The translations under genes were made by a program, and so were the position numbers. From positions 352,001 to 416,000 of the forward strand of contig CAWDSK010000001.1 of NCBI GenBank assembly GCA_963804995.1: DNA of 64,000 nucleotides, written 5' to 3'. Positions 21,984-31,939 of this stretch are shown piece by piece; position 1 is the stretch's first letter, and each line of letters begins with the position of its first letter. The notes beneath the pieces were generated by a model. That model did no database searches. It was not told the DNA's origin and worked only from the letters and a program-made list of their open reading frames with translations. The DNA comes from an uncultured Acidobacteriota bacterium. Lineage in GTDB: Bacteria; Acidobacteriota; Terriglobia; UBA7540.

Positions 21984-23105
21984 TTATTCCAATCGAATTA
22001 TCACGATTTCGGGATGGTTGCCGGTGCGCATGGGGGGACCCCAGGTGCCGGCGCCACTCGTAGCGTACGAGGCGTAATCACCTTCGACATGCAACCCGTA
22101 GTAATACCTTCCATAGATTAACCGCGTGATGAACTGGAGAGGGAAAATCTGGCCGCGATGGACGTGCCCGGAGAGCTGCAGGTTGATCCCCGCCGCCTTC
22201 GCTTCGGCGATGTGGGTGGGGCTATGGTAGAGCAGAATCGACGGCAGAGTGGGGTCAAAGCCGGAGAGGCTCGCAAGCTTGCCGGTAAAATCCAACGCGT
22301 GGCCGCGCTCCGGGTAGCTGAGCCCGATCACCTGCAGGCCATCGATCACCGCCATCTCGTCGGCGAGGATCCTGACCGGAGTCGTGCGGAGCGCCGCGGT
22401 CGCACGCTCCACGCCCAGATAGGTTTCGTGGTTTCCAGTCACAAAGTAGATCCCCAGCGGGGCGCGGAGGTCGTTCAGCGGGGCGACCAATTGCTCGAGA
22501 TTGCCGTCGACACCGTCAAAAAGGTCCCCGGTAATGAAGACCGCCGCGGGATTTTCAGCGTTAACTTTGTCCAAGATGTTCGCCAGGAAGCGGGAACGCG
22601 CGGCTTGTCCCAGGTGAATATCGGAAATTTGGATAACTTTTCGACCTCGCCAGGCCGGCGGCAAATTTTTGATGCGGACGGTGAGATTTTTAACCCGGGG
22701 GTGATAGGCGTTCCAAACACCGTAGGCGGAGTACAGGCACGCCACTCCAACCGCTGCGAGCCCAAACCAGAAGGGACGCGGAGTGTGGGTAAAAATCCGG
22801 GTCACTCCCCAGGCGATCCAGGCAAACGCCAAGGCGGTAATCAGCGTCAGTCCCACTCCCAGCCAGAGCGCGGTGCAGAAATAGAACACGCGGGAAAGAA
22901 TGTTGTCAGTCCAATGCGAAAGAATGGACAACGCAATGAAGCTGAGCGGGAGGAAATAAAGCAACGCGGCCAGCACAAGCCTGCGCTCCGGCTGAGCGAC
23001 ATCGAAAAAATACACGACCGAAAAGTAGAAGAAGTCATGGCCTAAAAACAGGATGGAGAAGACAATGAGAATGAAGAGCGGAACGACGATCAGGCTTCGC
23101 GCCAT
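21984..23105 (-). CDS. Membrane-anchored metallophosphoesterase (YkuE-like)
   Basis: N-terminal TM helices; SDIHLG, TGDLFD, TGNHE, SGHVHRGQ, GTWGPPMR. Confidence 0.9.
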   Translation of the reverse strand: MARSLIVVPLFILIVFSILFLGHDFFYFSVVYFFDVAQPERRLVLAALLYFLPLSFIALSILSHWTDNILSRVFYFCTALWLGVGLTLITALAFAWIAWGVTRIFTHTPRPFWFGLAAVGVACLYSAYGVWNAYHPRVKNLTVRIKNLPPAWRGRKVIQISDIHLGQAARSRFLANILDKVNAENPAAVFITGDLFDGVDGNLEQLVAPLNDLRAPLGIYFVTGNHETYLGVERATAALRTTPVRILADEMAVIDGLQVIGLSYPERGHALDFTGKLASLSGFDPTLPSILLYHSPTHIAEAKAAGINLQLSGHVHRGQIFPLQFITRLIYGRYYYGLHVEGDYASYATSGAGTWGPPMRTGNHPEIVIIRLE

Positions 23106-23321
23106 AGGGTGTCACTGCCGAGCGGCACAGTCAGCCATTTTACACGGAGGTGTTGGGATTGGAAAGAATCCGATAATCGGGTGATCGTATGGCGGAACAT
23201 GACCCCCATTGGAACTCAGGAGAATTGGCAATCACCCTATCGCCAAGTCACTCAATCAATGACCCGATGGCCCGATGGCTCGATGGCTCGATGCCGCCGT
23301 CTCCCCAACCCCGGGTTGCAG

Positions 23322-24353
23322 CTACTGCTGGTCGGCGCTCACCACTCGATAGGCTTTATCGATGTTCGCGGGTAGGTCTTTCGCCAGCATGCCGGGCGGG
23401 AAGCGGTCCGCGTACTTCGGCAGCAGCTTTGCGGCGACCTGGTTACGAGCCTCGAGGCGCGTGGCGCCCCCGGCGTAGGCTTCGGCGGCTGCATCCATCA
23501 GGTCGCGTAAGTAGGCCCTCCACAAATCGAAGGTACCCTTGCCGTGCATCAAATCACCGTGGCCGCCCAAGGCCCACTCAAAGTCGAGCTTCTCAACGTT
23601 GGCAAGGGTCTGGATCCAATCATAGGGATAGCCGTCTCCCATGTAGGGCACCCAGCCTTGCAGCATGTCGCCGGTGGCGATGAATTTCTCCTTGGGCAGA
23701 TACACCACCACGTCGCCTTCGGTGTGCGCCCGGCCGAGGAAGAGGATTTCCACGGTGCGGGTCTTCTGGTGCAGGATAAGGCTGCGATCGAAGGTCAGCG
23801 TGGGCAGCGTCACCTGCATGTTCTGAAGTTCCCCCAGGTAGGCCTGATCCTGGCGAAGGTTTTCCTGGATTTTCGCCTTCTCGGCGGGATCGGTCGCGGC
23901 GGCGAGATCCGCTTGGAGTTTGGCGATTTCTTGGGGAGTGTCGAGTAGCGCGCGCTTGACCCGGGGGACGCCGCGATCCTGCATATTCTCGCGCGCGGAT
24001 TCCGACGAAATGATTTCAATGCCGGCAGGCCACGCGCCTATGTAAGCCTGATTGCCCTGGTAATGATCCCAGTGGAAGTGCGTATTAACGACGTAGCGCA
24101 CCGGCTTGTCAGTAATCGTCTTGATCTGCGCAATCAGGGCGCGCGCCGCGGAGGGTTTGGAGTGCGTGTCCACCACCAGCACACTCTCATCCAACAGAAT
24201 CACCGCGGCGTTGCAATTCACCTTGAATTGCTCTTTGGACACTGCCGCGTATACCCCCGGCACAACTTGCTTCAGCGTGAAGAGGTCTTCGGCGCACGCG
24301 AAGCCCGGTGCAAGCATAAGAACAACCATCGCCAACCACCGCAGATGCTTCAT
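23322..24353 (-). CDS. Exported MBL-fold metallo-hydrolase
   Basis: Signal peptide; NTHFHWDH, AHTEGD, TGD, GHG. Confidence 0.88.
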   Translation of the reverse strand: MKHLRWLAMVVLMLAPGFACAEDLFTLKQVVPGVYAAVSKEQFKVNCNAAVILLDESVLVVDTHSKPSAARALIAQIKTITDKPVRYVVNTHFHWDHYQGNQAYIGAWPAGIEIISSESARENMQDRGVPRVKRALLDTPQEIAKLQADLAAATDPAEKAKIQENLRQDQAYLGELQNMQVTLPTLTFDRSLILHQKTRTVEILFLGRAHTEGDVVVYLPKEKFIATGDMLQGWVPYMGDGYPYDWIQTLANVEKLDFEWALGGHGDLMHGKGTFDLWRAYLRDLMDAAAEAYAGGATRLEARNQVAAKLLPKYADRFPPGMLAKDLPANIDKAYRVVSADQQ

Positions 24354-24443
24354 TGCCCGTCTCCTGTTACGTGGATCCTTCACTTAGAAGTGGTGGGATT
24401 GTACCAGAACCCTTCGAGTGATGGAACGGCCTGTCACGGTGAG

Positions 24444-24639
24444 TGGCGGTTCAATTTGACGCGGCGGAATTTATCCCGAGGTTATCGGGACGCGGCCCTT
24501 TGGCGAGGTTATCTCGCCCGATGCGCCGCCCCCGCCGACTGGTCGTAGCGGCGAGTTTATCTCGCCATGTGGCGGCGCTATGCCGCCACGAAAATGGCGA
24601 GGTAAACTCGCCGCTACGGCAAAAGATTGGCACCACTAC
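24444..24639. repeat. REPIN-like inverted pair (GTAGCGGCGAGTTTA family) within MITE-like ends
   Basis: Arms at 24544-24568 and 24594-24618; flanks TGGCGGTTCAATTTGA and GATTGGCACCACTA. Confidence 0.75.
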
Positions 24640-24665
24640 TCCGCGGTGAGGTTCGCGGCGCGACA

Positions 24666-25199
24666 TCATTTTGGTGGAGTGACAGGGGCCGGAGGAGCCG
24701 TGAGCGCCTCATGCACAGAGGCCGGAAGCTTATCGGCGTTGGCGAGCAGAAGGCTGACCTGCCATAGTTGCTGTTCGGATAGGGAACGTGCGAAGCCCGG
24801 CATGCCCGTCAGGCGGATGCCATTCTTGGCTTTCCAGTAGGTCTCACCCGGCGGATCGTCGTCGACCATGTGGTGCGGCTGGAATAGTTGGGGAGCTTTG
24901 GGGAACATGCCACCCGCCACAACCGGCGCCGGCTGATCGGGGAGGCCATGGCACATCGCGCAATTATCCCGATAGACGCGCGCACCCGCGAGGTATGCCG
25001 CCTCATCCGCCGCTAGAGGGACAACGGTAGGCATTTCCTTGCTGATTCTGGCGCGCAATGCGGAGCTCGCAATTTTCCTTTCGAAAGGCATGGGCGGGTC
25101 GGAAGCCGCCGCTGGCGCCCTCCCGGACATCAAATAGAAGTATGCCAATCCAGGAATCAGCGCCATTCCCAAGATCAATCCCAGAATGAACTTCTTCAC
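24666..25199 (-). CDS. Membrane-anchored class I cytochrome c
   Basis: CAMCH heme-binding motif; GIRLTGMPGF. Confidence 0.9.
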   Translation of the reverse strand: MKKFILGLILGMALIPGLAYFYLMSGRAPAAASDPPMPFERKIASSALRARISKEMPTVVPLAADEAAYLAGARVYRDNCAMCHGLPDQPAPVVAGGMFPKAPQLFQPHHMVDDDPPGETYWKAKNGIRLTGMPGFARSLSEQQLWQVSLLLANADKLPASVHEALTAPPAPVTPPK

Positions 25200-25368
25200 G
25201 AGTGAATGTCCCCCCTTGAAAGATGAACCGCAGGCACGCTCTCTATCGCTACCAGATCAGTTGTGCCCAGGAAACAGAACTTCGCCCCACCACTGACTCC
25301 TCGTGATTATATCCTCTTTTTGTTCGCGCAAGTTGCATTGAGACGAGTCAAAAAACTCTCGGCTCTTA

Positions 25369-27495
25369 TCAGGAGCCTTGCCATCGCGGCCAGGCAAGCA
25401 CGGCGCGGTAGTTCGATTCGTTGTAGAGCGGGTTGCGTAAGGGTGCGTAGATGCGCTCACCTTTAAACGGGCGGTCCTGGGTATAGATCCACACCCTCTC
25501 CTGGTCCCACAGGATCACTTCATCCCTTGCATCCCCCGTTACATCCGCCACGGCGCAGCACAGGTCCGGATGTCCGTCATCAGGAAAAGTCACGACCCGT
25601 CTCAGTTGTCCATCCAGCATCCCCCCCTCCCGGACGTTCCCCGAGAGCAGCGCAAAGACCTGCCCGTCTCCGCGCCAGTTCACCGGCAACAAAGGACTGC
25701 CGGCATGTGCGGGCTCTTCCTGCGCCAGAATATTGCCGTCCGCATCGAACAGCGTGATGATACCGGGGTTGTACCAGAAATTGACGGTCATGCATTGCAG
25801 GCCGGGGAGGGCTGGCCGGTACTTCCCCACACTGAGGTTCTGCGCGTGGCCGATTCTCACATGTTTCTGAATCTCACCACGGTCGTCGAACACGATAAAC
25901 CCTTCGTCGCTCCCGCAGGCATAAACGCGGGGGCGAGCCGCCGGGTCACCGCTGAAATTCCCCATAATGACGGCGTCGGCATGGTCACGTAACGCGCGGT
26001 CCTGGCTCCAGAGTTGATGCCCGGAGGAATCCCACACCGAGTAGCCAATCACCACCTTATCCAGGCCCCCGGGCTCCGAGGCGTAAGCATAGGGGAAGTG
26101 GCCCGTCTGGCCCTGGCCCTGCCACAGAATCTCAAGCCGGTTGTTCAAAATCCAAAAGTTGGAGTAACGGTCTTTAATCAGGAGTTCATGGCGCCCAGGT
26201 TCGCCGGACAGGTTGAAAAACGCAATGCAGTCACCGTTGACGAGTTCATAGGGGCGCGCGGCGGCAGGAGGAGCTGAAGGCATCCACACCCAACGCCGCA
26301 CCTTTCCCGTAGCACCGTCCAGAATCTGAAGTTTGAAATCACGCACCAGCACAACTTCCGCGCGCCCATCCCCGTCGATGTCGTGGATCTGAAACGGCGT
26401 ATCATTGGTGAGCAAGCCATTGCGAGGGTCAGGCCTGCCTGATTGCCAAAGGATCCTTCCGTCCAGCTTGACCGCCGTGAGGCAACTGATTTGGTCAAAG
26501 TCATCCGCGTGAACCCGGGGAATGTTCTGGCAGATCAGCATCTCGAGTTGACTGTCGCCATCCAGGTCTCCAAACCGCACGTTGCGGCCCGCCCCGAAAC
26601 GCGGCGTGGCAAACTTCTTCCAAAGTTTGGGCTGCGGATTTTCTGATCGCAGGCTGCCGAGTTCGCGTTCGCGGCGTTCCACGCGGTCGTCAATCTGCTG
26701 CTTCACCTCCGCCGGACAGGTGACGGCGAAATCCTGAAACCTGGCCGGGATATTGGCTGAAACACCCACTTTCCCCGCGGTTAGTTCAGTGTCACTCGTC
26801 TCCAGCAACTTCCTTCCGTCCACCCAGGCACGGATCAGCGGCCCCTCGTTTTCCACCCGCAGGGTGTAATAACGCTGGGTGTCATAAGCGAACTCACAGG
26901 CTGCAAGCTCGCGCCAATCCGCGATCCGGAAAGCGGTTTCTATCGGCCGGCGCACCGCCAAACGGGCCGTGTGCCCTCCCGTCAGCGCGAACAAGTAATA
27001 ATGACGATTGGTATGGTAGCGGAAGACCACGCCCGCCAGATCGGCCAGGGATAACGGGCGCACCCGCACTTCGACGGTGTAGTCGCTCCACGCTGAGTCC
27101 CCGGTAAGGAAAATCGGGCTCATGAGCTTGGGGCGGGTATTGACCGGGTGCTGTTCCAGATAAGGCCGGCCGTCTTCGTCACTCACCACCCAGGCATCCA
27201 AATGCGTAATGGGATTTGCCCAAGGCTCCAACGGAACCCCGCGATGGCTGAGGTAGTGAACTTCTTGGATGGAGGGGTCGAGCTGACGGACAGGTGAAGA
27301 AAGCCAGCCGGCAGGGAATTTGGAGAAATCATCGCGCAGGAGGATGGAACTTCCTGTCGGGCTGGAAGCCTGAAAACCCGAACTCAGGGGGGCCGCCCTT
27401 TTTTTCGCGGCCGGCGCGGGTGGCTGCAAGAGGACCTTCGAGGCACCGAGACCGGCGACCATGGTTCCCTTACGAAGAAAATTGCGTCGATCCAT
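25369..27495 (-). CDS. Tat-exported protein: jelly-roll domain plus PL11 rhamnogalacturonan-lyase-like/FG-GAP propeller
   Basis: RRNFL; Ca-binding DxDGDG motifs GDLDGDSQLE, DIDGDGRAEVV, DVTGDARDEV. Confidence 0.7.
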   Translation of the reverse strand: MDRRNFLRKGTMVAGLGASKVLLQPPAPAAKKRAAPLSSGFQASSPTGSSILLRDDFSKFPAGWLSSPVRQLDPSIQEVHYLSHRGVPLEPWANPITHLDAWVVSDEDGRPYLEQHPVNTRPKLMSPIFLTGDSAWSDYTVEVRVRPLSLADLAGVVFRYHTNRHYYLFALTGGHTARLAVRRPIETAFRIADWRELAACEFAYDTQRYYTLRVENEGPLIRAWVDGRKLLETSDTELTAGKVGVSANIPARFQDFAVTCPAEVKQQIDDRVERRERELGSLRSENPQPKLWKKFATPRFGAGRNVRFGDLDGDSQLEMLICQNIPRVHADDFDQISCLTAVKLDGRILWQSGRPDPRNGLLTNDTPFQIHDIDGDGRAEVVLVRDFKLQILDGATGKVRRWVWMPSAPPAAARPYELVNGDCIAFFNLSGEPGRHELLIKDRYSNFWILNNRLEILWQGQGQTGHFPYAYASEPGGLDKVVIGYSVWDSSGHQLWSQDRALRDHADAVIMGNFSGDPAARPRVYACGSDEGFIVFDDRGEIQKHVRIGHAQNLSVGKYRPALPGLQCMTVNFWYNPGIITLFDADGNILAQEEPAHAGSPLLPVNWRGDGQVFALLSGNVREGGMLDGQLRRVVTFPDDGHPDLCCAVADVTGDARDEVILWDQERVWIYTQDRPFKGERIYAPLRNPLYNESNYRAVLAWPRWQGS

Positions 27496-27598
27496 ACTCG
27501 TCAGCCCCCTCTTAGATAACTGGAGGTCACCGATTCCGATATGGGTTCTTGTGCTACAATCTGCCAGCCTCGGGAAATTACATCAAACCAGAGATCTT

Positions 27599-28651
27599 AT
27601 GCAAACCCATTACCGCATGACGAATCCGGCCTGGACTTTGGCCTACTCGTTGCTTGTCGCCTGCTCTATCGCCTCCGCTAGAACTTACGAGGTTCAGCCG
27701 GAAGGCTATTCTGACACGTTCTCCGCCGACAAAAAGCCAATCCTTGAGATTCATTCCGGTGATACCGTCCAAACCAGCACTTGGGATGCCCTGGGGCAGG
27801 ACAAGCGTGGTGTGGCTCACGTTCCCAACCCTTTCGGTTTTCCGGAGCTCAGCAATCCACTGTTGGGGCCTTTCTACATTCAGGATTCCGACTACGGCGA
27901 TGTCCTGGAAGTGCACCTGGATAAAGTAAGGCTGAATCGGAACTGGGGGTATTCGAACTACCGCCTGCTAACCACCATCATAATCCCAGGCACGATTGAG
28001 GGCCTTTATAAGAACTACTACAAGCCGGACGCCGTGTGGCCCGGAAAGGCGAACCTGATCCCCTGGGACCTTGACCTCGAGCGCGGAGTCGCCACGCCAC
28101 GGCTGCTCCAAGGTTCGGGGATGAAGCTTGATCTCCCCACCAAGCCGATGCTGGGCTGCATTGGAGTGGCGGCCCCCGGTGAGGACGTTGGCACCGCCGA
28201 TATCTCAGGTCCCTGGGGCGGCAACATGGATTACAACGATGTGGTGGAAGGCGCGACACTCTACTTCCCCGTGTATCATAAAGGCGCGTATTTCTACATT
28301 GGTGACGGGCACGCCCTGCAAGGCGATGGGGAAGGCCTGGGCATGGGCATTGAGACCTCCATGGACGTTCAGTTCAGCGTCAGAGTCCTCAAAGGCAGGC
28401 GAATCGCCATGCCTCGATTGGTGAATGACGACTACATCATCACCATCGCCAGCCAGCCGGAGTATCGCAGTAACCTCGATCTCGGCCTCCAAGCAGCAAA
28501 CTCTGAAATGATTGCCTGGCTGACCAGCGAGTACAAGCTCACGCCGCCGGAAGCACATCTCTTAATGGGAATGGAAGTCCGCCACAAAATTGTGACGTAC
28601 TTTGGTAGCGTCACGGCCATGATCCCGAGAAGCTGCCTCCCGCGCCGTTGA
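27599..28651 (+). CDS. Acetamidase/formamidase family protein (exported)
   Basis: PMLGCIGVA, GGNMD, GDGHALQGDGE, IET. Start position uncertain. Confidence 0.85.
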   Translation: MQTHYRMTNPAWTLAYSLLVACSIASARTYEVQPEGYSDTFSADKKPILEIHSGDTVQTSTWDALGQDKRGVAHVPNPFGFPELSNPLLGPFYIQDSDYGDVLEVHLDKVRLNRNWGYSNYRLLTTIIIPGTIEGLYKNYYKPDAVWPGKANLIPWDLDLERGVATPRLLQGSGMKLDLPTKPMLGCIGVAAPGEDVGTADISGPWGGNMDYNDVVEGATLYFPVYHKGAYFYIGDGHALQGDGEGLGMGIETSMDVQFSVRVLKGRRIAMPRLVNDDYIITIASQPEYRSNLDLGLQAANSEMIAWLTSEYKLTPPEAHLLMGMEVRHKIVTYFGSVTAMIPRSCLPRR

Positions 28652-31388
28652 ATCTGGCATTGCAAACATTGGCCTTCCTATGGTGCCGGGGTTGTCCCCT
28701 GCCTGTCACAATTGCCGCAGGCCCCCGCCCACAGCTTCCTGCATCTTTGTGTTCGAGCTTCTCGCCTCGATGCCTGAGGTAGAACACGTCAATAGCGCGT
28801 TGTCCTTCCGTATCAATCAGGGCGATTGAAATATCGCATCCCAGGCGAGCCAGCGTTGAGCTGACGTCGAAGAGCAGGCCGGGACGGTCCTGGGCGACGA
28901 ATTCCAGAAGCGTGCTATGCGACGAGGTTTGACTATCAAATCGTACTTGCGTGGCCACGTGGAGCTTGGGTCGTGCTGCCGCGCCTCGGGGGCCTCGGGC
29001 GTTCAAGAGCTTTTCAAGTTCCACCTTACCCTTGAGAACATCGACCAGGCTTTGCCGGAACCGATCTCTTTCGGAGGGGTTCAGCTCCAACGTGCGGTGG
29101 AGATCCACGAATTTAAACGTGTCAAGAACCTGACCCAGGGCGTTCGAGAACGCGTCGGCCTTGATGATACTCATCCCCCAGGCCGCGAGAGTGCCCGTGA
29201 TGGAAGCAAACAGAAACGGCCGATCCCCGGTCACAACGGTCAACTCGAAGTGATGGTTGCGCGGGTGGAGTTCTACGGCGATTCCTTCGGTCTCGAGACG
29301 CCGGACGAGCTCAAAATGCCGGGCGACTTCCTCCGGGGTGTGAGTCGAGAGGTAGCGTTGGGGAAAGCCGTCCAGAAAGGAGCGCAACTCACCAGCGCTC
29401 GCGGGACTTCCCAGTGCGGCCAGAATCCTCTCCATTTCTTCAGACGATGATCCGGTGATGCGCAACCGTTCGTCATCTACGCTGCGCGTGAGGTGGTTGG
29501 CGGTCGCGACATAGAGCTGCCACAAGAGTTCAGCCTTCCATGGCGTAAGGGCTTCGGGGTTGACGGCGCGGATGTCCGCAAAGGTCAGCAGGCAGAGCAT
29601 CTTCAGGCGCTCCACGGAGCCCACCAATTTCGCAAAGTCCCGCACGGTCTCAGGATCAAATACATCCCGGCGCTGGCAGGTTGAGGACATGTCCAGGTGA
29701 TGGGCGATCAGGAACCGAACAGTTTGGCAGTCTTCTTCCGGAAGCTCCAAGCGCGCTGCGATTCCTTCCATGGCCCGCAGGCTGCCGCGCACATGATCCT
29801 GCCCGGGAAGCCCCTTGCCGACGTCGTGAAAAAGCAAGGTCAAATAGAGAACCTCCGGTTGTTCGACTTCCGAAAGTATCTCCTCGAATTTCTGCTCCCA
29901 CCCCGGCCCGGGCCCCGCGGCATCTTTACGCGACGGCCCTGGTTTTCCCGTGGGGAGACCGTGCAAGGTTTCGATGGTCAGGAAGGAGTGCTCATCGACC
30001 GTGTAGCGGTGGTAGAAGTCCCGGATGACCAGCGAGTCGATGGCCTGAAATTCTGGAAACAGTGTGGCAATCAAACCCAGGTGATGCATGCTGCGCAAGG
30101 CGTCGGCAGCGTAGGGTTGGACCAGGACACGCCGGAAATGCCGCCAGAAATGCGGCAGACGATGCCCCTCGCCCGCCAGGCGCGGGGATTCAGCCTCCAC
30201 GAATCTTTCAGCCTCACGGCTCAAGGGGAGTCCATGCCGCGCCACCATTTCAAATAGTCGTAAGAGCAAGCTGGGGTCGGTTTCGAAAGCCGCCGGCTGG
30301 CGGAGAAAGATACAGCCCCGGACCACGGAGAAATCTGCATTCGACAACCGCGAGCGCCAATCCCGATACAGCGCGTACAGGGCCGAGCGCGCCGGAGCGG
30401 TGGCGTCGATCCGCTGCGCCACCAACCGATCCACGACTCGGGCCTGCCGGAAGTAGTTGCGCATCCAATCCGCCGGCGCCAGTCCCTCCGGTGGCCGCAT
30501 GCCCACGTCGTGCGCAGCGGCATGGGCCTGCGCATCATAACTTAACTGGTTGTCATCCCGCGCTTGCAGATAATGAAGGAAGCAACGAGCGTCAGCGAGG
30601 AATCCAAACGCACGTTGGGTCAAGGGATATTCGCGAGCCGGCCACAACTCCCCGGGCAGCATCCAGCGCCCCTTTTTCCCCAGCGCTTCGATTTGGGTCA
30701 GCCAGCGGCAAACGTGAAAATCACGAAGTCCCCCCGGCGCCTCCTTGAGGTTGGGCTCGAGATGAAAGATGGTGTTGCCATACTTGGCATGCCGCTGGCG
30801 AGTCAGCTCAGCCAGATTTCGTACCAATTCTTCGGCGTCCCGTGCCACGAGGTGCGGAACGACATCCTCGTGGAGGCGTACAAAAAGGGTCAGGTCGCCG
30901 GCCAAATACCTCTGGTCAAGCAAGGCAACGTCGAATTCCAAATTGTCACGGTGGAGCCGGCCACACTCCGCCAGGGTGCGCGTGCTATGGCCGACGCGCA
31001 GTCGCAGGTCCCAAAGCGTGCGGAGAACAGTGGCGATGGAGTCACGGTGTGGGGATTGCGCGCTGTCATCCTCGGTCAGAAATAGCAAGTCGATGTCAGA
31101 GTACGGAAACAGCTCATGCCTGCCGTAACCGCCCAAAGCCAATACGCAAAGGCCTCGGGGCCCCTCGACCGCGGGGGAGAGAAATTCCCGATAGAGCGCA
31201 ACCACGATGGCGTCCACAAGGTCTGACCGATCTCGCAAAACCCGCTCGCCGCCTCCGTCCCTGTCGAAGTTCTGCTGGATTCTGCCGGATTCCCGAGTGT
31301 AGTAATCTGCCAGAGACGAAAGGGACACGGTGGAAGGGATCGGCGGTGCGGTTTGAGGTGGTGGGTCAACCGGCATGGATTCCAGCAC
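28611..31388 (-). CDS. glnD: [Protein-PII] uridylyltransferase
   Basis: GGYGR...SDIDL, EPNLKEAPGGLRD, YTVDEH, HDVGKG and two ACT domains. The true stop is probably at 28706-28708 if one extra A near 28747 is removed. Confidence 0.92.
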   Translation of the reverse strand: MLESMPVDPPPQTAPPIPSTVSLSSLADYYTRESGRIQQNFDRDGGGERVLRDRSDLVDAIVVALYREFLSPAVEGPRGLCVLALGGYGRHELFPYSDIDLLFLTEDDSAQSPHRDSIATVLRTLWDLRLRVGHSTRTLAECGRLHRDNLEFDVALLDQRYLAGDLTLFVRLHEDVVPHLVARDAEELVRNLAELTRQRHAKYGNTIFHLEPNLKEAPGGLRDFHVCRWLTQIEALGKKGRWMLPGELWPAREYPLTQRAFGFLADARCFLHYLQARDDNQLSYDAQAHAAAHDVGMRPPEGLAPADWMRNYFRQARVVDRLVAQRIDATAPARSALYALYRDWRSRLSNADFSVVRGCIFLRQPAAFETDPSLLLRLFEMVARHGLPLSREAERFVEAESPRLAGEGHRLPHFWRHFRRVLVQPYAADALRSMHHLGLIATLFPEFQAIDSLVIRDFYHRYTVDEHSFLTIETLHGLPTGKPGPSRKDAAGPGPGWEQKFEEILSEVEQPEVLYLTLLFHDVGKGLPGQDHVRGSLRAMEGIAARLELPEEDCQTVRFLIAHHLDMSSTCQRRDVFDPETVRDFAKLVGSVERLKMLCLLTFADIRAVNPEALTPWKAELLWQLYVATANHLTRSVDDERLRITGSSSEEMERILAALGSPASAGELRSFLDGFPQRYLSTHTPEEVARHFELVRRLETEGIAVELHPRNHHFELTVVTGDRPFLFASITGTLAAWGMSIIKADAFSNALGQVLDTFKFVDLHRTLELNPSERDRFRQSLVDVLKGKVELEKLLNARGPRGAAARPKLHVATQVRFDSQTSSHSTLLEFVAQDRPGLLFDVSSTLARLGCDISIALIDTEGQRAIDVFYLRHRGEKLEHKDAGSCGRGPAAIVTGRGQPRHHRKANVCNARFNGAGGSFSGSWP

Positions 31389-31510
31389 TCAGCTCTCACA
31401 TCCTCCAGCCGCCCCGGAAGGTGGCTTCGCCGGCGTATGCCGACCCTACAAGCTGACCGCTGCTAGCTGAGGCTGAGAGCTTAACGCTTTCCCGGGGGCG
31501 CAAACCTGGG

Positions 31511-31849
31511 CTACAAGGCGGCCTCACCGCGCTCCTCGTTGCGGATGCGGATGGCCTCCTCCACGCTGGTCACGAAGATCTTGCCGTCACCGATCTTGCC
31601 GGTTTTGGCGGCGCTCAGGATGGCTTGAATGGCCGCCGTGACCATGCCGTCGGTCACCACCATTTCGATTTTGACCTTGGGAAGAAGGTCCACGGTGTAC
31701 TCGTTGCCACGGTAAACCTCGGTGTGGCCTTTTTGCCGGCCGTGGCCGCGCACTTCGGAAATCGTCATACCCTCCACGCCCACTTCTTGCAGCGCACTTT
31801 TCACCGCCTCGAATCGCGAGGGCTGAACGATAGCTTCGATTTTTTTCAT
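31511..31849 (-). CDS. glnK: Nitrogen regulatory protein P-II
   Basis: 112 aa; GHGRQKG, T-loop YRGNEY, TGKIGDGKIF. Adjacent to amtB, hence glnK rather than glnB. Confidence 0.93.
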   Translation of the reverse strand: MKKIEAIVQPSRFEAVKSALQEVGVEGMTISEVRGHGRQKGHTEVYRGNEYTVDLLPKVKIEMVVTDGMVTAAIQAILSAAKTGKIGDGKIFVTSVEEAIRIRNEERGEAAL

Positions 31850-31939
31850 GGCAAAGTTTCCTTTGGAAAGTAGCTCACACCCGACAGCTTACCGCCCACA
31901 GTTACTGTATGCTGTCGGTTGTGAGCTGTATCCTGCCCT

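Noticed and set aside
28611..28705. Genuine 41-bp convergent overlap between glnD and the acetamidase gene
   Set aside because: The overlap disappears if one A near 28747 is removed, giving EHKMQEAVGGGLRQL* and a stop at 28706-28708.
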